Positions 37,505 to 47,936 of a stretch of 64,000 nucleotides of DNA are shown here, piece after piece. The stretch's first letter is position 1, and every line of letters starts with the position of its first letter. Location: positions 1,312,001-1,376,000 of the forward strand of contig CAWGMA010000001.1 of assembly GCA_963823555.1 (NCBI GenBank). Direction: 5' to 3'. The position numbers and the translations under genes were made by a program. Source of the stretch: Candidatus Eiseniibacteriota bacterium (GTDB lineage Bacteria; Eisenbacteria; RBG-16-71-46; CAVPCR01). A model generated the notes under the pieces. That model was given only the letters and a program-made list of their open reading frames with translations, had not been told where the DNA came from and searched no databases.

Positions 37505-38677
37505 ATGACGGGCTCCTCCAAGAAAATCCTGCCGATTTCCCCCCGCCGCGTCGCCGGGGACTCGCGAGCCGCCCTCACCGTGCGGATCGCCGATGATCGT
37601 GAAGCCTGGGACGCGTTTGTCCTCGCGCATCCGGACGCGACCGTGGCGCATCTCTGGGAATGGGCTCTGATCATTCGCGAGACCTATGGTCACCACACGC
37701 ATCATCTGGTGGCATCCGACGCGACAGGTCTGGCTGGGATCCTGCCTCTCACCGAGGTGAGAAGCAGGATCTTCGGTCAGAGCCTCTGCTCCCTTCCCTA
37801 TCTCGACTACGGTGGAGTGCTCGCCACCTGCTCGCCGGCCTGGAGCGGGCTGGTCACGGCGGCTGCCGAGATTGCGGTCGGGCGCCGCATCCAGCATCTC
37901 GACCTCCGCCAGTCTCAGCGTCCGGCTCTGGTGCTGCCCGTCCGTTCGGACAAGGTCACGCTCGTGCTCGACCTGGCCGGCGGCCGCACGTTCGCTCGCG
38001 CCGGCAGCACAACGGCTCAAGTTGAAGGCATGTGGCAGGCGATTGGGGCCAAGACGCGTAACCAGGTCCGCAAGGCTGAAAAGTCCGGCCTCGCCGTCGA
38101 GCAGACGGACGGTCGCGGCGTACGTGATTTCTATCGGGTCTGGCGGGTCAACATGCGGGATCTCGGCTCTCCGGCGCATAGCGAGCGTTGGTTCGAGGCG
38201 CTCTTCGCTCACCTTGGCGGAAGGGCGCAGCTGTACCTCGTCCGCCGTGGTGCAGAGGTTGTGGGTGGTCTGGTCGCGCTCACGTTCCGCGATACGGTCG
38301 TCGTTCCCTGGGCCTCTTCGGATCGGCGCTACTTCAGCATGAGCCCCAACAACCTGCTCTACTGGACCGCCATTCGCGATGCGATTCTGGCCGGTCGCCG
38401 TGCCTTCGACTTCGGCCGCTCCTCCGTCGGCTCCGGGACCTACCATTTCAAGCGGCAGTGGGGAGCGACCGCGGAGCGTCTCTACTGGCAGGAGTTCACG
38501 GCGGCCCAGGCGGTCGCGCTGCTCGAGCTCCTGGGTCCGGACGAGGAGCCTCCGGCGATCACCGGTCCGCCCGCGGGGACCCGCGGACGCGCCCTGGCGG
38601 AACGGATCTGGCGCCACTTGCCGGTACCGGTCGCCACCTGGGCTGGCAGTCGCCTTCGGGGCGGGATCACGTTGTGA
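37505..38677 (+). CDS. FemAB-like (GNAT-fold) acyl/aminoacyl transferase, XrtA-locus type
   Basis: WDAFV, SLPYLDYGG, KTRNQVRKAEK, NMRDLGSP, PNNLLYW, FDFGRS, FKRQWGA. Confidence 0.88.
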   Translation: MTGSSKKILPISPRRVAGDSRAALTVRIADDREAWDAFVLAHPDATVAHLWEWALIIRETYGHHTHHLVASDATGLAGILPLTEVRSRIFGQSLCSLPYLDYGGVLATCSPAWSGLVTAAAEIAVGRRIQHLDLRQSQRPALVLPVRSDKVTLVLDLAGGRTFARAGSTTAQVEGMWQAIGAKTRNQVRKAEKSGLAVEQTDGRGVRDFYRVWRVNMRDLGSPAHSERWFEALFAHLGGRAQLYLVRRGAEVVGGLVALTFRDTVVVPWASSDRRYFSMSPNNLLYWTAIRDAILAGRRAFDFGRSSVGSGTYHFKRQWGATAERLYWQEFTAAQAVALLELLGPDEEPPAITGPPAGTRGRALAERIWRHLPVPVATWAGSRLRGGITL

Positions 38678-38707
38678 GCGGCCATCACAACCAGGTTGCC
38701 GGCGGGA

Positions 38708-39901
38708 CTAGAGAAGGACGGCCCGCAGCGCGCTGACGACCTTGTCGACGTCCCCCTCGGTCATGGCCGGATAGAGCGGAAGCGAGAGGCTCCGCGCGTA
38801 CACCTGCTCGGCCTGCGGCAGGTCGCCGGGCCGGTAGCCGAAGGCCCGGGCATAGAACGGCATCAAGTGCAGGGGGCGGAAGTGGATCGAGGTGCCGATG
38901 TGCCGGTCCTTGAGCTCCCTGGCCAGGGCATCCCTCGTGATCCCGGCACCGGGATCGATGAGCAGGATGAACAGGTGATGGCCGGCGCGACCACCCGCCA
39001 CCGTGAGCGGCTGGAAGCTCACGGGCAAACCACGGAGTCTCTCGGCGTAGGCCAGCGCCAGCCGTCGCCGCTCCGTGTAGAAGGACTCCAGTCGCTCGAG
39101 TTGCACGAGGCCGAGCGCGGCCTGGAGGTCGGTCAAGTTGTACTTGAACCCGGGTTCCAGCACGTCGTAGTGAGCGCTGCCTTCCTTGGTGTATCGCTTC
39201 CAGGCGTCCTCTGAGAGACCGTGAAGCGAAAGCAAGCGGCCCCTGGCTGCAAGGTCCGCCTGGTTGGTGACGAGCATGCCGCCTTCCCCGGTCGTGATGC
39301 TCTTCGTCGGGTAGAAGCTGAAAGCGCCGATGATGCCATGCGCACCGGCATGTTTTCCCGCGATCTCGGTTTCGATGGCGTGCGCGGCATCCTCGATCAC
39401 ATGAAGCCCGCGCTCGGCGGCGATGGCCAGGAGTTCCGACATGGCGCAGGGATAGCCACCCAGGTGCACCGGGATCATGGCTCGCGTACGGGCGTTCAGG
39501 CGAGTCCTGACGTCCCCGGGGTCGAGGGTGAGCGTCTGGGGATCGATGTCGCAGAGCACCGGGCGCGCGCCGACGTGCACGACCACGTTGGCGGTGGCGG
39601 CGAACGTCGTGGTCGGGACCAGGACCTCGTCACCCGGACCGATCTCCAGCAGGCGAAGGGAAAGGTGAAGCGCTGCCGTACAGGAGCTGACCGCGATCGC
39701 GTGGTCGGTCCCGACGAGATCGGCGAAGGCGCGCTCGAAGGCCCTGGCGCGAGCTCCCGTGGTGAGCCATCCCGAGCGCAACACCTCGATCACCGCCGCT
39801 TCTTCCGCCGGTCCCAGCGTTGGGCGGTGGAAGGGCAGGAACTCGTCCTCGGAGATGGCCTCGGCTCTGCTCGGATCAGTCTTCGGCTGTTCGCTGTTCA
39901 C
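38708..39901 (-). CDS. DegT/DnrJ aminotransferase (ArnB/perosamine-synthase-like)
   Basis: SGWLTTG, SSCTAALHL, EDAAHA, SFYPTKSITTGEGG, GFKYNLTD. Confidence 0.93.
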   Translation of the reverse strand: MNSEQPKTDPSRAEAISEDEFLPFHRPTLGPAEEAAVIEVLRSGWLTTGARARAFERAFADLVGTDHAIAVSSCTAALHLSLRLLEIGPGDEVLVPTTTFAATANVVVHVGARPVLCDIDPQTLTLDPGDVRTRLNARTRAMIPVHLGGYPCAMSELLAIAAERGLHVIEDAAHAIETEIAGKHAGAHGIIGAFSFYPTKSITTGEGGMLVTNQADLAARGRLLSLHGLSEDAWKRYTKEGSAHYDVLEPGFKYNLTDLQAALGLVQLERLESFYTERRRLALAYAERLRGLPVSFQPLTVAGGRAGHHLFILLIDPGAGITRDALARELKDRHIGTSIHFRPLHLMPFYARAFGYRPGDLPQAEQVYARSLSLPLYPAMTEGDVDKVVSALRAVLL

Positions 39902-39971
39902 GATGATTCAGGCCTCGAATGGGTTGATACATCGCAGGGCGGGTGTCCTGGATCCTCCATAGAATGACAGA

Positions 39972-41066
39972 TCAGGGGGGCGTGCGCGATGGCTGGTCGT
40001 TGGTGTTCGCAGCGGTCGTCGAGGGGCGATGGTGGCTGTGGAGCAGGAGCCGATGTTCCCTCTGCCATCTCAGGAAGGTCATGAGAAGACCCGCGAACTT
40101 GGCGTTCATGGCCCTGGCCGACACGCTCACGGGTTCGCGGCGTGTGGCCATCCGGACCAGGTACATCGGGAGCATGAGCGCCGTGAGGTCGGGATCGAGC
40201 TCGAGGCGATCCACGTAACGCGTGAACTCGGAACGCAAGAGGCGCGAAAACCAGTTCTCGATGAAGTAGGTGGCGATGAGCGAGGCCTCCGGCTCCGCTC
40301 CCCGAGCGTCCTTCGATACGCTGAAGCTCGACATGAAGGTGTGGATGTCATGGTAGGAGGTGTCGCGCTCGCGATAGCCGTCCCAGTCGATGACCCGCAG
40401 GCGGGTGCCGCGGACGAAGATGTTCCCCGGCCAGAGATCGCCGTGCAGGGCCAGCGCGTTGACGGTCTGGCCGCGGAACCTGGCGAGTTCGGCGGTGAGC
40501 TCGGCGAGCAAGGTCGATTCCTCGCCCTCGAAGTGGTGCCAGGTCTTGAGCCGTGCGACCGGCTCCTCCACTGCGTGGCGGTAGATCTCGTCATCGAACT
40601 GGACCGGAGCCAGACCGCTCTGGCCAAAGGCGATGAGCCAGTCCACGACGCTCCGCACGTAGCGCGCGACCGGTGCTTCCCGGCCGTGCCGATCGAGCAT
40701 GACGGCGGGCACGAAGCGCCGGCCGCCGGCGTACTCCTCGAGTCCTACCCAGTGCGATCCGTAGGGGACCCCGGCGAGCGGAGCAGGGATGGTATGGGCG
40801 AGCTCGAGCCCCACGCGGTGCCGGAGTCGCTGCACCTGGTCGAACTCGCGCACGAGACGGGCGCGGGCGGCGCGGTCAGCCGTGACCTTGGCGACGAGAG
40901 CCGGTTCGCCTTCGCCATCGAAGAAGAGATAGAAGTAGGTATAGGGGCGCGGAAAATCTCCGACATGGCCGAACTTGAGCCAGTGCACGGCCCGGGGTCG
41001 CGGCCAGCGGCCACCGACCAGCGCGTCCCAGTGCTCGAAGAGGTGCTCGGTCAGGCCTTGGATCAC
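39972..41066 (-). CDS. Aminoglycoside-phosphotransferase/kinase-like protein
   Basis: LVAK, HGDLWPGN, VIDWD; GTGA overlap with upstream stop. Confidence 0.8.
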   Translation of the reverse strand: MIQGLTEHLFEHWDALVGGRWPRPRAVHWLKFGHVGDFPRPYTYFYLFFDGEGEPALVAKVTADRAARARLVREFDQVQRLRHRVGLELAHTIPAPLAGVPYGSHWVGLEEYAGGRRFVPAVMLDRHGREAPVARYVRSVVDWLIAFGQSGLAPVQFDDEIYRHAVEEPVARLKTWHHFEGEESTLLAELTAELARFRGQTVNALALHGDLWPGNIFVRGTRLRVIDWDGYRERDTSYHDIHTFMSSFSVSKDARGAEPEASLIATYFIENWFSRLLRSEFTRYVDRLELDPDLTALMLPMYLVRMATRREPVSVSARAMNAKFAGLLMTFLRWQREHRLLLHSHHRPSTTAANTNDQPSRTPP

Positions 41067-41698
41067 GCTGCCTCCGCGATCGCGCCTTCGCCGCGGCGGG
41101 TGGCGATGATCGTGAACTGGGGAGCCAACCATGGCAGGAGGCCGAGACGCGCCACCGCGGCGAGCAGGGTGCGCGCGATGCGTCTCTGGCCGCTTTCGAT
41201 GAAGAAGGGCGGCTCGAAGTGAAAGGCGGAGGCGCGACGGCTGTCCAGTGGCAGCATGATGTGCGGTTCAGCCAGGCTCGGCAGGCAGATGAAACCGCTC
41301 ACCGGGGCGAAGCCGGCGCGCCGAACGAGCCGACGCACCTGACCGTAGAGGCTACCGCCCTCGGCATCGGGGGCGATGTCCACTCCCTCGTAGGTCAAGA
41401 GCAAGCGCGAAAGAGCGGCTGTCGTGGACGGAAACTCGGCGGCGAGGACCCCGCCTGGAATGAGCGCGCGGTGGGCGGCGGTCAGAGCCAGCGATCGAAC
41501 GCGAGGGTCGGCGGCGCAGCCCCGCGCGAGGACGGCCACATCCGCGCTGGCGCGGGCCGCATCTCGACCGTCGCGGCTGTGCTGGACATCGCCGCCGCCT
41601 GCCCGGGAGAGCGCGGCTTCGAGGACGATATCGCCCTCTCCCAGGATCAGGATGCGAGTCGAGGGATCGAGGCCAAGGATGGCGGAGAGCGTGCTCAA
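41063..41698 (-). CDS. Hypothetical protein, weak class I methyltransferase-like pattern
   Basis: RILILGEG...AHRALIPGGVL...RRAGF; TTG start with GGAGA overlapping upstream stop. Confidence 0.55.
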   Translation of the reverse strand: MSTLSAILGLDPSTRILILGEGDIVLEAALSRAGGGDVQHSRDGRDAARASADVAVLARGCAADPRVRSLALTAAHRALIPGGVLAAEFPSTTAALSRLLLTYEGVDIAPDAEGGSLYGQVRRLVRRAGFAPVSGFICLPSLAEPHIMLPLDSRRASAFHFEPPFFIESGQRRIARTLLAAVARLGLLPWLAPQFTIIATRRGEGAIAEAA

Positions 41699-43122
41699 GA
41701 CCGTCTCCGCGACGCGCTCCAGCACGCGCCCAGACCGGCGAGCAAGCCGAGGCTGGCGAATGCCGGGGGCGTCAGACGGGAGCCCAGGGTGGACTCCCCC
41801 ATCCCCGTGACGAGGAGAGCGACGATCGCCCCGGTCAGCCCCAAGGCCTCGATGGCTCGATCCCCGCCGCCGCGAGGAGCCTTCGCGCCGCTCGCCATGG
41901 CCACGAACACGAGCCACAAGAAGGGCACGAGAATCGGGAGCCCGCTCGCCACGGCCAGCCCGAGAACGATGTTGTAGGGGTTCCTGGGGTCGAGACGACC
42001 GAAGAGGGGATGCTCGGCGATGCTCTCGATACCCAGTGCCCAGTCCGCACGCCGATCGCCGAGGATGCCGAGGCCGCCGAGGGAACCCAGGCGATCAGCA
42101 TAGGCTCGTCCGGTGTCGCCGCCGACCGCACCGAGCACCAGGGCACCGACCACGGCAGCGCCGATCAGCACGAGGGCGAGCACGAGCAGGCGGGTCCCGA
42201 GACGGCGATCGATCTTGAAGCCCAGAAGTCCCATCGCTAGGATGGCGGCCCACCCCCCCAGCCATCCGGAGCGCGAAAAGGAAGCTCCGAGGGCGACTCC
42301 GGAGATTCCGATAAATGACGCAATAACAAGCGATTGTCGTGGTCGCTTCATGATCCATGCGAGGCCGGGCGGGATCAGAAGAGTCAGATGAAGCGCGAGC
42401 AGCTCGGGCCCGCCCACGAGGCTCCCGATAGCCTGAACCCCGCGGCCTCGATCGAGCACGGCCTCGGCGAGGGCAGCCAGGCCGATGACTCCAGCGGCCG
42501 CCGCGCTGCCCCGGATCCAGGCCATGGCCCCGGTGCCCTCGCGGCCCAGGGCGTATCCCAGGGCGAAGAGGGTGGCGGCCAGGAACCCGGTACGAACGAG
42601 CCGCAGGACGGCGGGTCCGACCGCCGTCTCCGAGGCGCCGAGAGCACCCACCAGGGCGGCGAGGGCCATCCAGGCCCCGTAGGCCAGGGCGACGCCTCTC
42701 ACCCCCGAGAATCGGAACAGAGACGGGCGGCGTGAAGCCAGGGTGGCGATCATGGCGAGGAGGAGGACCTCGCTCGGATAGATGGTGGTAGAACCGAACA
42801 GCGACTCCTGATTGGCGATGGTGACCAGAGGTACACTGGCCAGAAGGAGAGGCGCCGGGGCGCGGAAGGCCAGGGCCGCGGCGGCCACGGCGAAGAGGAC
42901 AAGGAGGCTGGCCGGACGAACAGGTGTCCCGGCGAGACTCATGACAAGCAAGATCAATGCAAGGACAGTGATCGCCCAGGCTCCGATCCGCCGCCGGGGC
43001 TCGGGATCACGAGAGGATTCATGATCGAGACGCTCATCGGCATCGCGCGTGCTGTGCGCTCCACCATGTACCGAGTGTCGAGCTCCCACATTCTGGGCGT
43101 GGATTTCGACATCGTGCTTCAT
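41695..43122 (-). CDS. O-antigen ligase/Wzy-like polysaccharide polymerase
   Basis: ~11 hydrophobic helices, SFSRSGWLG, R..W...I.EHPLFG, NPYN; N-terminus uncertain (overlaps + strand ORF). Confidence 0.75.
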   Translation of the reverse strand: MKHDVEIHAQNVGARHSVHGGAHSTRDADERLDHESSRDPEPRRRIGAWAITVLALILLVMSLAGTPVRPASLLVLFAVAAAALAFRAPAPLLLASVPLVTIANQESLFGSTTIYPSEVLLLAMIATLASRRPSLFRFSGVRGVALAYGAWMALAALVGALGASETAVGPAVLRLVRTGFLAATLFALGYALGREGTGAMAWIRGSAAAAGVIGLAALAEAVLDRGRGVQAIGSLVGGPELLALHLTLLIPPGLAWIMKRPRQSLVIASFIGISGVALGASFSRSGWLGGWAAILAMGLLGFKIDRRLGTRLLVLALVLIGAAVVGALVLGAVGGDTGRAYADRLGSLGGLGILGDRRADWALGIESIAEHPLFGRLDPRNPYNIVLGLAVASGLPILVPFLWLVFVAMASGAKAPRGGGDRAIEALGLTGAIVALLVTGMGESTLGSRLTPPAFASLGLLAGLGACWSASRRRS

Positions 43123-43374
43123 TTCGTGGTCAGTCTCGTCATCTTCGCCTGGGCCGAACGCCGCTATGGGGTGAAACGAGCAGCCTGGATCCTCGCTGTT
43201 CTGATCATTGCCAAGGAAATCGTCGACATCTTCCTCAAGTCACAGCTCGCCTACATCCGGCGGCCCACACCGCCCATGGTCATCGACATCGTGACCGACG
43301 TCCTGACCGGCCTCGCCGGCGGGTTGACCATGTGGCTCATCATTTATTTCCGCCGCCGGGCCACTCCGGCCTGA
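43021..43374 (+). CDS. Small membrane protein (VanZ-like)
   Basis: D..LHF, AKE..D, D..TD..G pattern with 3 TM helices; start may be 43066. Confidence 0.55.
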   Translation: MIETLIGIARAVRSTMYRVSSSHILGVDFDIVLHFVVSLVIFAWAERRYGVKRAAWILAVLIIAKEIVDIFLKSQLAYIRRPTPPMVIDIVTDVLTGLAGGLTMWLIIYFRRRATPA

Positions 43375-43389
43375 TTCCGGCTCCGCACT

Positions 43390-44657
43390 TCATCCCGCAT
43401 GGCCCATGGCCGGCTCGTGGCCGGCATGTCGAGCCGCGAGCTCATCGTAGAGCCGAAGCATGTTGTTGGCTACTCGCGGCCAGGCATAGTCCGAGGCCGC
43501 CGCGCGCCCGTCCCGCTGCGCCCAGCGCCCGGCGCCGGGCCGGATCGGCGAGCAGGGCGAGCACGGCGGACGCGAAGGCCTCCGGATCATCGGCGATCTC
43601 GATGTCGCGCCCGGCAGTTGCCCCGAGTCCCTCGCAGCCGATCGAGGTGGAGACCACCGCCTTTCCCATCGCCCAGGCATCGAGGATCTTGAGCCGGGTC
43701 CCGCCGCCCACACGGAGCGGGCAGACATAGACTGCGGCGTCCCGCACGAAGGGCCGGATATCAGGCACCAGTCCCGGCGCCTCGACGCCGTGACCGCCCA
43801 CCTGCGCGCGCTCGACCTCGGGTGAGGGATGGGCGCCGACGACCGCGAACCGAGCTTCCGGCCGGACGCGCCGAATGAGCGGCCAGATGCGATCCAGGAA
43901 CCAGGCCATGGCGTCCCGGTTGGGATACCAGGACATGCCCCCGACGAAGACGAGACGATCCCCACGTCCCTCCAGGTCGTCCGCCGGACTGAAGTAGTCG
44001 ATGTCCACGCCGTTTACCACGACCTCGAAGCGCGCATCCGGGATCCGGCTCTGGAAGCTGTCACGATCGGCGGCGGAGACCGTGACATTGACATCTTGCT
44101 CGCGGCAGACTTGCTCCTCGTAGCGGGCCAGCTTGCGTGCCTGTTCGCCGATGTAGAAGCGCGCCAGCCGTCCCTTCTCGCTGGTCGCCCGGCGCTTGAG
44201 GAGCTCGGATTCCACGTTCTGGTGCACGAGGATCGCGGGAAGGTCGCGCGCCAGGGCCCCGTAGTGAGCCATGGCAATGGTCTCGTACTGGAGGATGCGG
44301 ATCGGCCGCCGGGCGAGGAGGTCGATCATGGCGTGCTCGAGTGCGGGCGATGAAAAGCGCGGGACCGAGTACGGTAGCTCGGAGGCCAGATTGCGCAGGA
44401 GGAGCGCGGCATACGCAGCCCGTGACGAGCTCGCCGGCAGCGGGAAGATCTCAACCTCGGCGCAGATCTCGGCGAGATGGCGTCGCGAAGCCTCGATCTC
44501 CCCCGGAGGCAGGAGCACATCCTGGTTGAAGGCGTAGAGGTAGACGCGGTGGCGGCGGGCCGTCTCCCGGAGCAGGTTGTAGCAGCGGAGGAGCACGCCG
44601 CTCGTCGTGCGGCCAGGGGACGACATGCGAGAGAACCAGGATATCGAGGCTGTTCAC
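43390..44657 (-). pseudogene. GT4 glycosyltransferase (XrtA-locus type) split by two frameshifts, probably sequencing errors
   Basis: N-term MNSLDILVLSHVVPWP in one frame, core (FVGGM.W.PN, GGTRLKILDAWAMG) in 43442-44626, C-term YAWPRVA in frame ending 43390. Confidence 0.8.
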
Positions 44658-44681
44658 CGGCCATCGCGGATGCTCCCCGCG

Positions 44682-46609
44682 TCAGGCGTACTGCGCATCG
44701 GCGACGTCGGCGCGCCCGACGATGTAGTCGCGATGCCAGAGCATGAAGGTCGATGAGCCCCCAGATCTGGTTGTCGTGGTTGGCGCGCAGCGGCGAAGTG
44801 GTCGTCCAGGACGCGCCGCACCTGCCGGATAGTGGAAGACGCCCACGTCGCGAATCGCGGGCTCGGCGAGCACGTCCTCGACGAACGGCGGAGCTCGCCC
44901 CGGAACCAGACCGTGAGCGGCACCGAGAAGCCCATCTTGCGCCGGTTGAGGATCTCGGGCGGCAGGAGGTCGCGCACCGCGCGCTTCAGGATGTGCTTGC
45001 GCTCCATGCCGCGCAGCTTGAGCTCCGGCGGGATGGTCGCCGCGTACTCGAGCAGACGGTGGTCGAGGAAGGGCACGCGCACCTCGAGCGAGTGCGCCAT
45101 CGACATGCGGTCGGTGAGGGTCAGCAGGTCGCCGGGCAGGTAGAGCTTGAGGTCTGCAAATAGTGCGCGATGCAGCGGATCGGCGGCCCGGGCGGGGGCG
45201 ATGGCCGCCTGGAAGTGAGCGCGGGGCTCGTCGAGCGCGATCTGCTCCTGCATGTCCGGGGTCAGGAGCGCGTGCGCGCTCCGCGCTGGAAGGCGGAGAT
45301 CAGGTCGAAGTAGCGGTCGTCGAAGTCGAGATCGATGCGTGCGCAGGAAGCGCTTGAGCCGGCCCGCGAAGTGCGAGCCGCTCCGCGAGTCGGGGAGCCG
45401 TTCGACCAGCGGCTGCAGGAGGCCATTGCGCAGGAAGCCGGGGATCCGCCGCGCCCGTTCCGCGAGGAGCGCCCCGCGGTAGCGTTCGTAGCCGGCCGCC
45501 AGCTCGTCGCCGCCGAGCCCCGAGAGCGCGACCGTGACGTGACTGGCGGGTCATCTGCGAGAGATACCAGTTGGGAATCGCCGATGAGTCGGCGAACGGC
45601 TGGTCGAAGGCGCGCACCAGGTGCGGCACGAGCTCCGTCAGGTCCGGGCGGACGACGAACTCGTGGTGCCGGGTGCCGTAGCGGCCGGCGACCGCGCGGG
45701 CCGGGACCGCGCTCGTCGAAGAGCTCGCCGCCGTCTTCGTAGCCGATCGAGAAGGTCTCCACCGGCCCCGAGGCGTGTCGTGCCATCAACGCGACGACCG
45801 ATCCCGAGTCGATGCCGCCGGAGAGAAAGGCGCCGAGGGGAACATCCGCCACCATGCGGATGCGCACCGCCTCATCGAGGCAGGCGCGGAAGCCGTCCAC
45901 CGTCTCGGCCTCGCTTCGCCCGCCGTCGATGGCGTAGTGGAGCTCCCAGTACCGCTCCGGCGGACCTGGCCGTTCTCGGCGATGAGGATGTGGGCGGGCT
46001 CGAGCTCATGAATGCCGTCGAAGATGGTGAGCGGCGCCGGCACGTAGAGGAAGGTGAGGAAGTGATTGACGGCCGCCGGGCTCAGCCGGCGCTCGACCGC
46101 CGGGTGCGGAGCAGGCACTTGAGCTCGGATCCCCAGAGGAGCTGGCCCCCGGCCACTGTGTAGAAGAGCTGCTTGATGCCGACCCGGTCGCGGGCGAGGA
46201 CGAGACGCTCCCGCCGCGCGTCCCAGATCGCGATCGTGAACATGCCGCGAAGCTTCTCGACGCAGCGCGGGCCGTACTCCTCGTAGGCGTGGATGATGAC
46301 CTCGGTGTCCGACCGGGTGCGGAAGCGGTGGCCGTGCGCTTCGAGCTCGGCGCGGAGCTCCCGGAAGTTGTAGATCTCGCCGTTGAAGGTGACCCATGCG
46401 CTCCCGTCCTCGTTGGCGATCGGCTGGCTCCCGGTCTCGAGATCGATGATCTTGAGCCGGCGCATGGCGAGGCCGACCCGACCGGGGTCGACGTGGAAGC
46501 CGTCCTCGTCGGGCCCGCGGTGGGTGATGACGCGGTTCATCTCCTCGAGCGTGGCGCGGTCGATGGGCTGGCCCGCCTCGAGGTTCCAGATCCCGGTGAT
46601 GCCGCACAT
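44682..46609 (-). pseudogene. asnB: Asparagine synthase (glutamine-hydrolysing)-like amidotransferase, multiply frameshifted
   Basis: MCGITG, HRGPD, FNGEIYN, FLSGGIDS, DQPFADSS, DRMSMAHSLEVRVPFLD, KMGF recovered in order across different frames. Confidence 0.85.
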
Positions 46610-46635
46610 ATCGGTCGGCTCCCGTTCGCGGCGCG

Positions 46636-47776
46636 CTAGCGCCGCGAGGGCTCCCATGTCACCTGACGGGTTCCGGACAGATAGCGGATCCAGGCCACCA
46701 GGATCGACGAGATTGGCGTTGGTGAAGAAGAGAGGAACGCGGAACAGGAGCCGGGCCTCGAGCCGGCGGTCGATGAATGCGGCGAGCGCCAGCGCGTAGA
46801 GCGCGACCTGGGCGGCGAGGGCGAGCGCAAAGACCGGGTGCCGGCCGGCCAGAGCCGCCGAAGATACCAGGAGCGAGAGCAGGAAGAAGGGGACCGTCCA
46901 GCGCAGGATCTTGTGGCTCCACAGCTGCCAGGCCACGAGCGGATGGGCCAGCGGATTCAAGAGCGATCGCATGTGGAAGAGCACGGCCATGCCGCGCATC
47001 ACGGTGCGCACCTTCCGCCGGAACTCCGCCTCCGGTTCGGCCAGGGCGCGATAGGCTCCGATGGCGCGCGGTTCGTGGACGGTGCGGAGACCGGCGGCGG
47101 CCACCTTGAGAGGGGTGAGGAAATCGCGCTCGAAGCCGGCCTCCCAGACATCGGCGAGGTGACGGCGGACGGCGTAGAAGGAACCCGAGGCGCCAACCAG
47201 CGATCCGAGGCGGGCTTCGAGCCGGCGCAGCGCCATCTCGTAGCGTACGTAGAACCCCTCCCCCGCCTCGGCATCCGGGCTGCCGTCGGCAGCGACAATC
47301 TGATCCTGGCTCGAGACACAGCCCACGGTGGAATCGGCGAAGTTCTCCATCATGGCGCGCAGCGAGTCCGCTGAGATCATGATCCGAGCGTCGGAGAAGA
47401 CCAGGATCTCGCCTGTTGCGCGCGCGATCGCGGCGTTCTGGCAGGCGACCTTCCCGCCCCGCTCCGGAAGGCGGATGAGCTCGATGCCGTGGGGCGCGTA
47501 CTCCGAGATGATGGCATCGGTCGAGTCGGTCGAGGCATCGGAGGCGGCCAGGATCTGGAGTTTCTCCCTTGGATAGTCGATCTGGAGCGTGTTGTCGAGC
47601 TTCCGCCTCATGTTGGCCGCTTCGTTATAGGCGCTGATGACGAGGGTGACGGTGGGCTCGAGCGCGTTCTTGGGCACCGACCGCCCGATGAGCGGGATCA
47701 GCAGGCGCAAGGCGAGCGGATATCCCACGTAGGGATACGCGATCAACGCGGCCGAGATCCAGAAGAGGAGTTCCAT
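46636..47776 (-). CDS. Glycosyltransferase family 2 (one frameshift near 46715)
   Basis: ISAYNE, SDASTD, GKVAC, FSDA, RKVR; true C-term SILVAWIRYLSG..VTWEPSRR* lies in another frame. Confidence 0.85.
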
Positions 47777-47936
47777 CGTCAGCGCCGTTCGAAGTTCGTT
47801 CCTGCACTCGGATTCGGGCCCAAGCCGTGGCGACCGATTCCATCAGGGAATATCGTCCTTCTCCAGCACGGGCTCAAGGAGCCATCCCGGGACGCGATCC
47901 GGCCGGCGCCGGCCGCGCGGTGCGAGACGCACGCAT

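Noticed and set aside
46082..47776. Apparent GT2-asparagine synthase fusion
   Set aside because: The GT2 C-terminus and stop lie in another frame and AsnB needs a free N-terminal Cys; frameshift artefact
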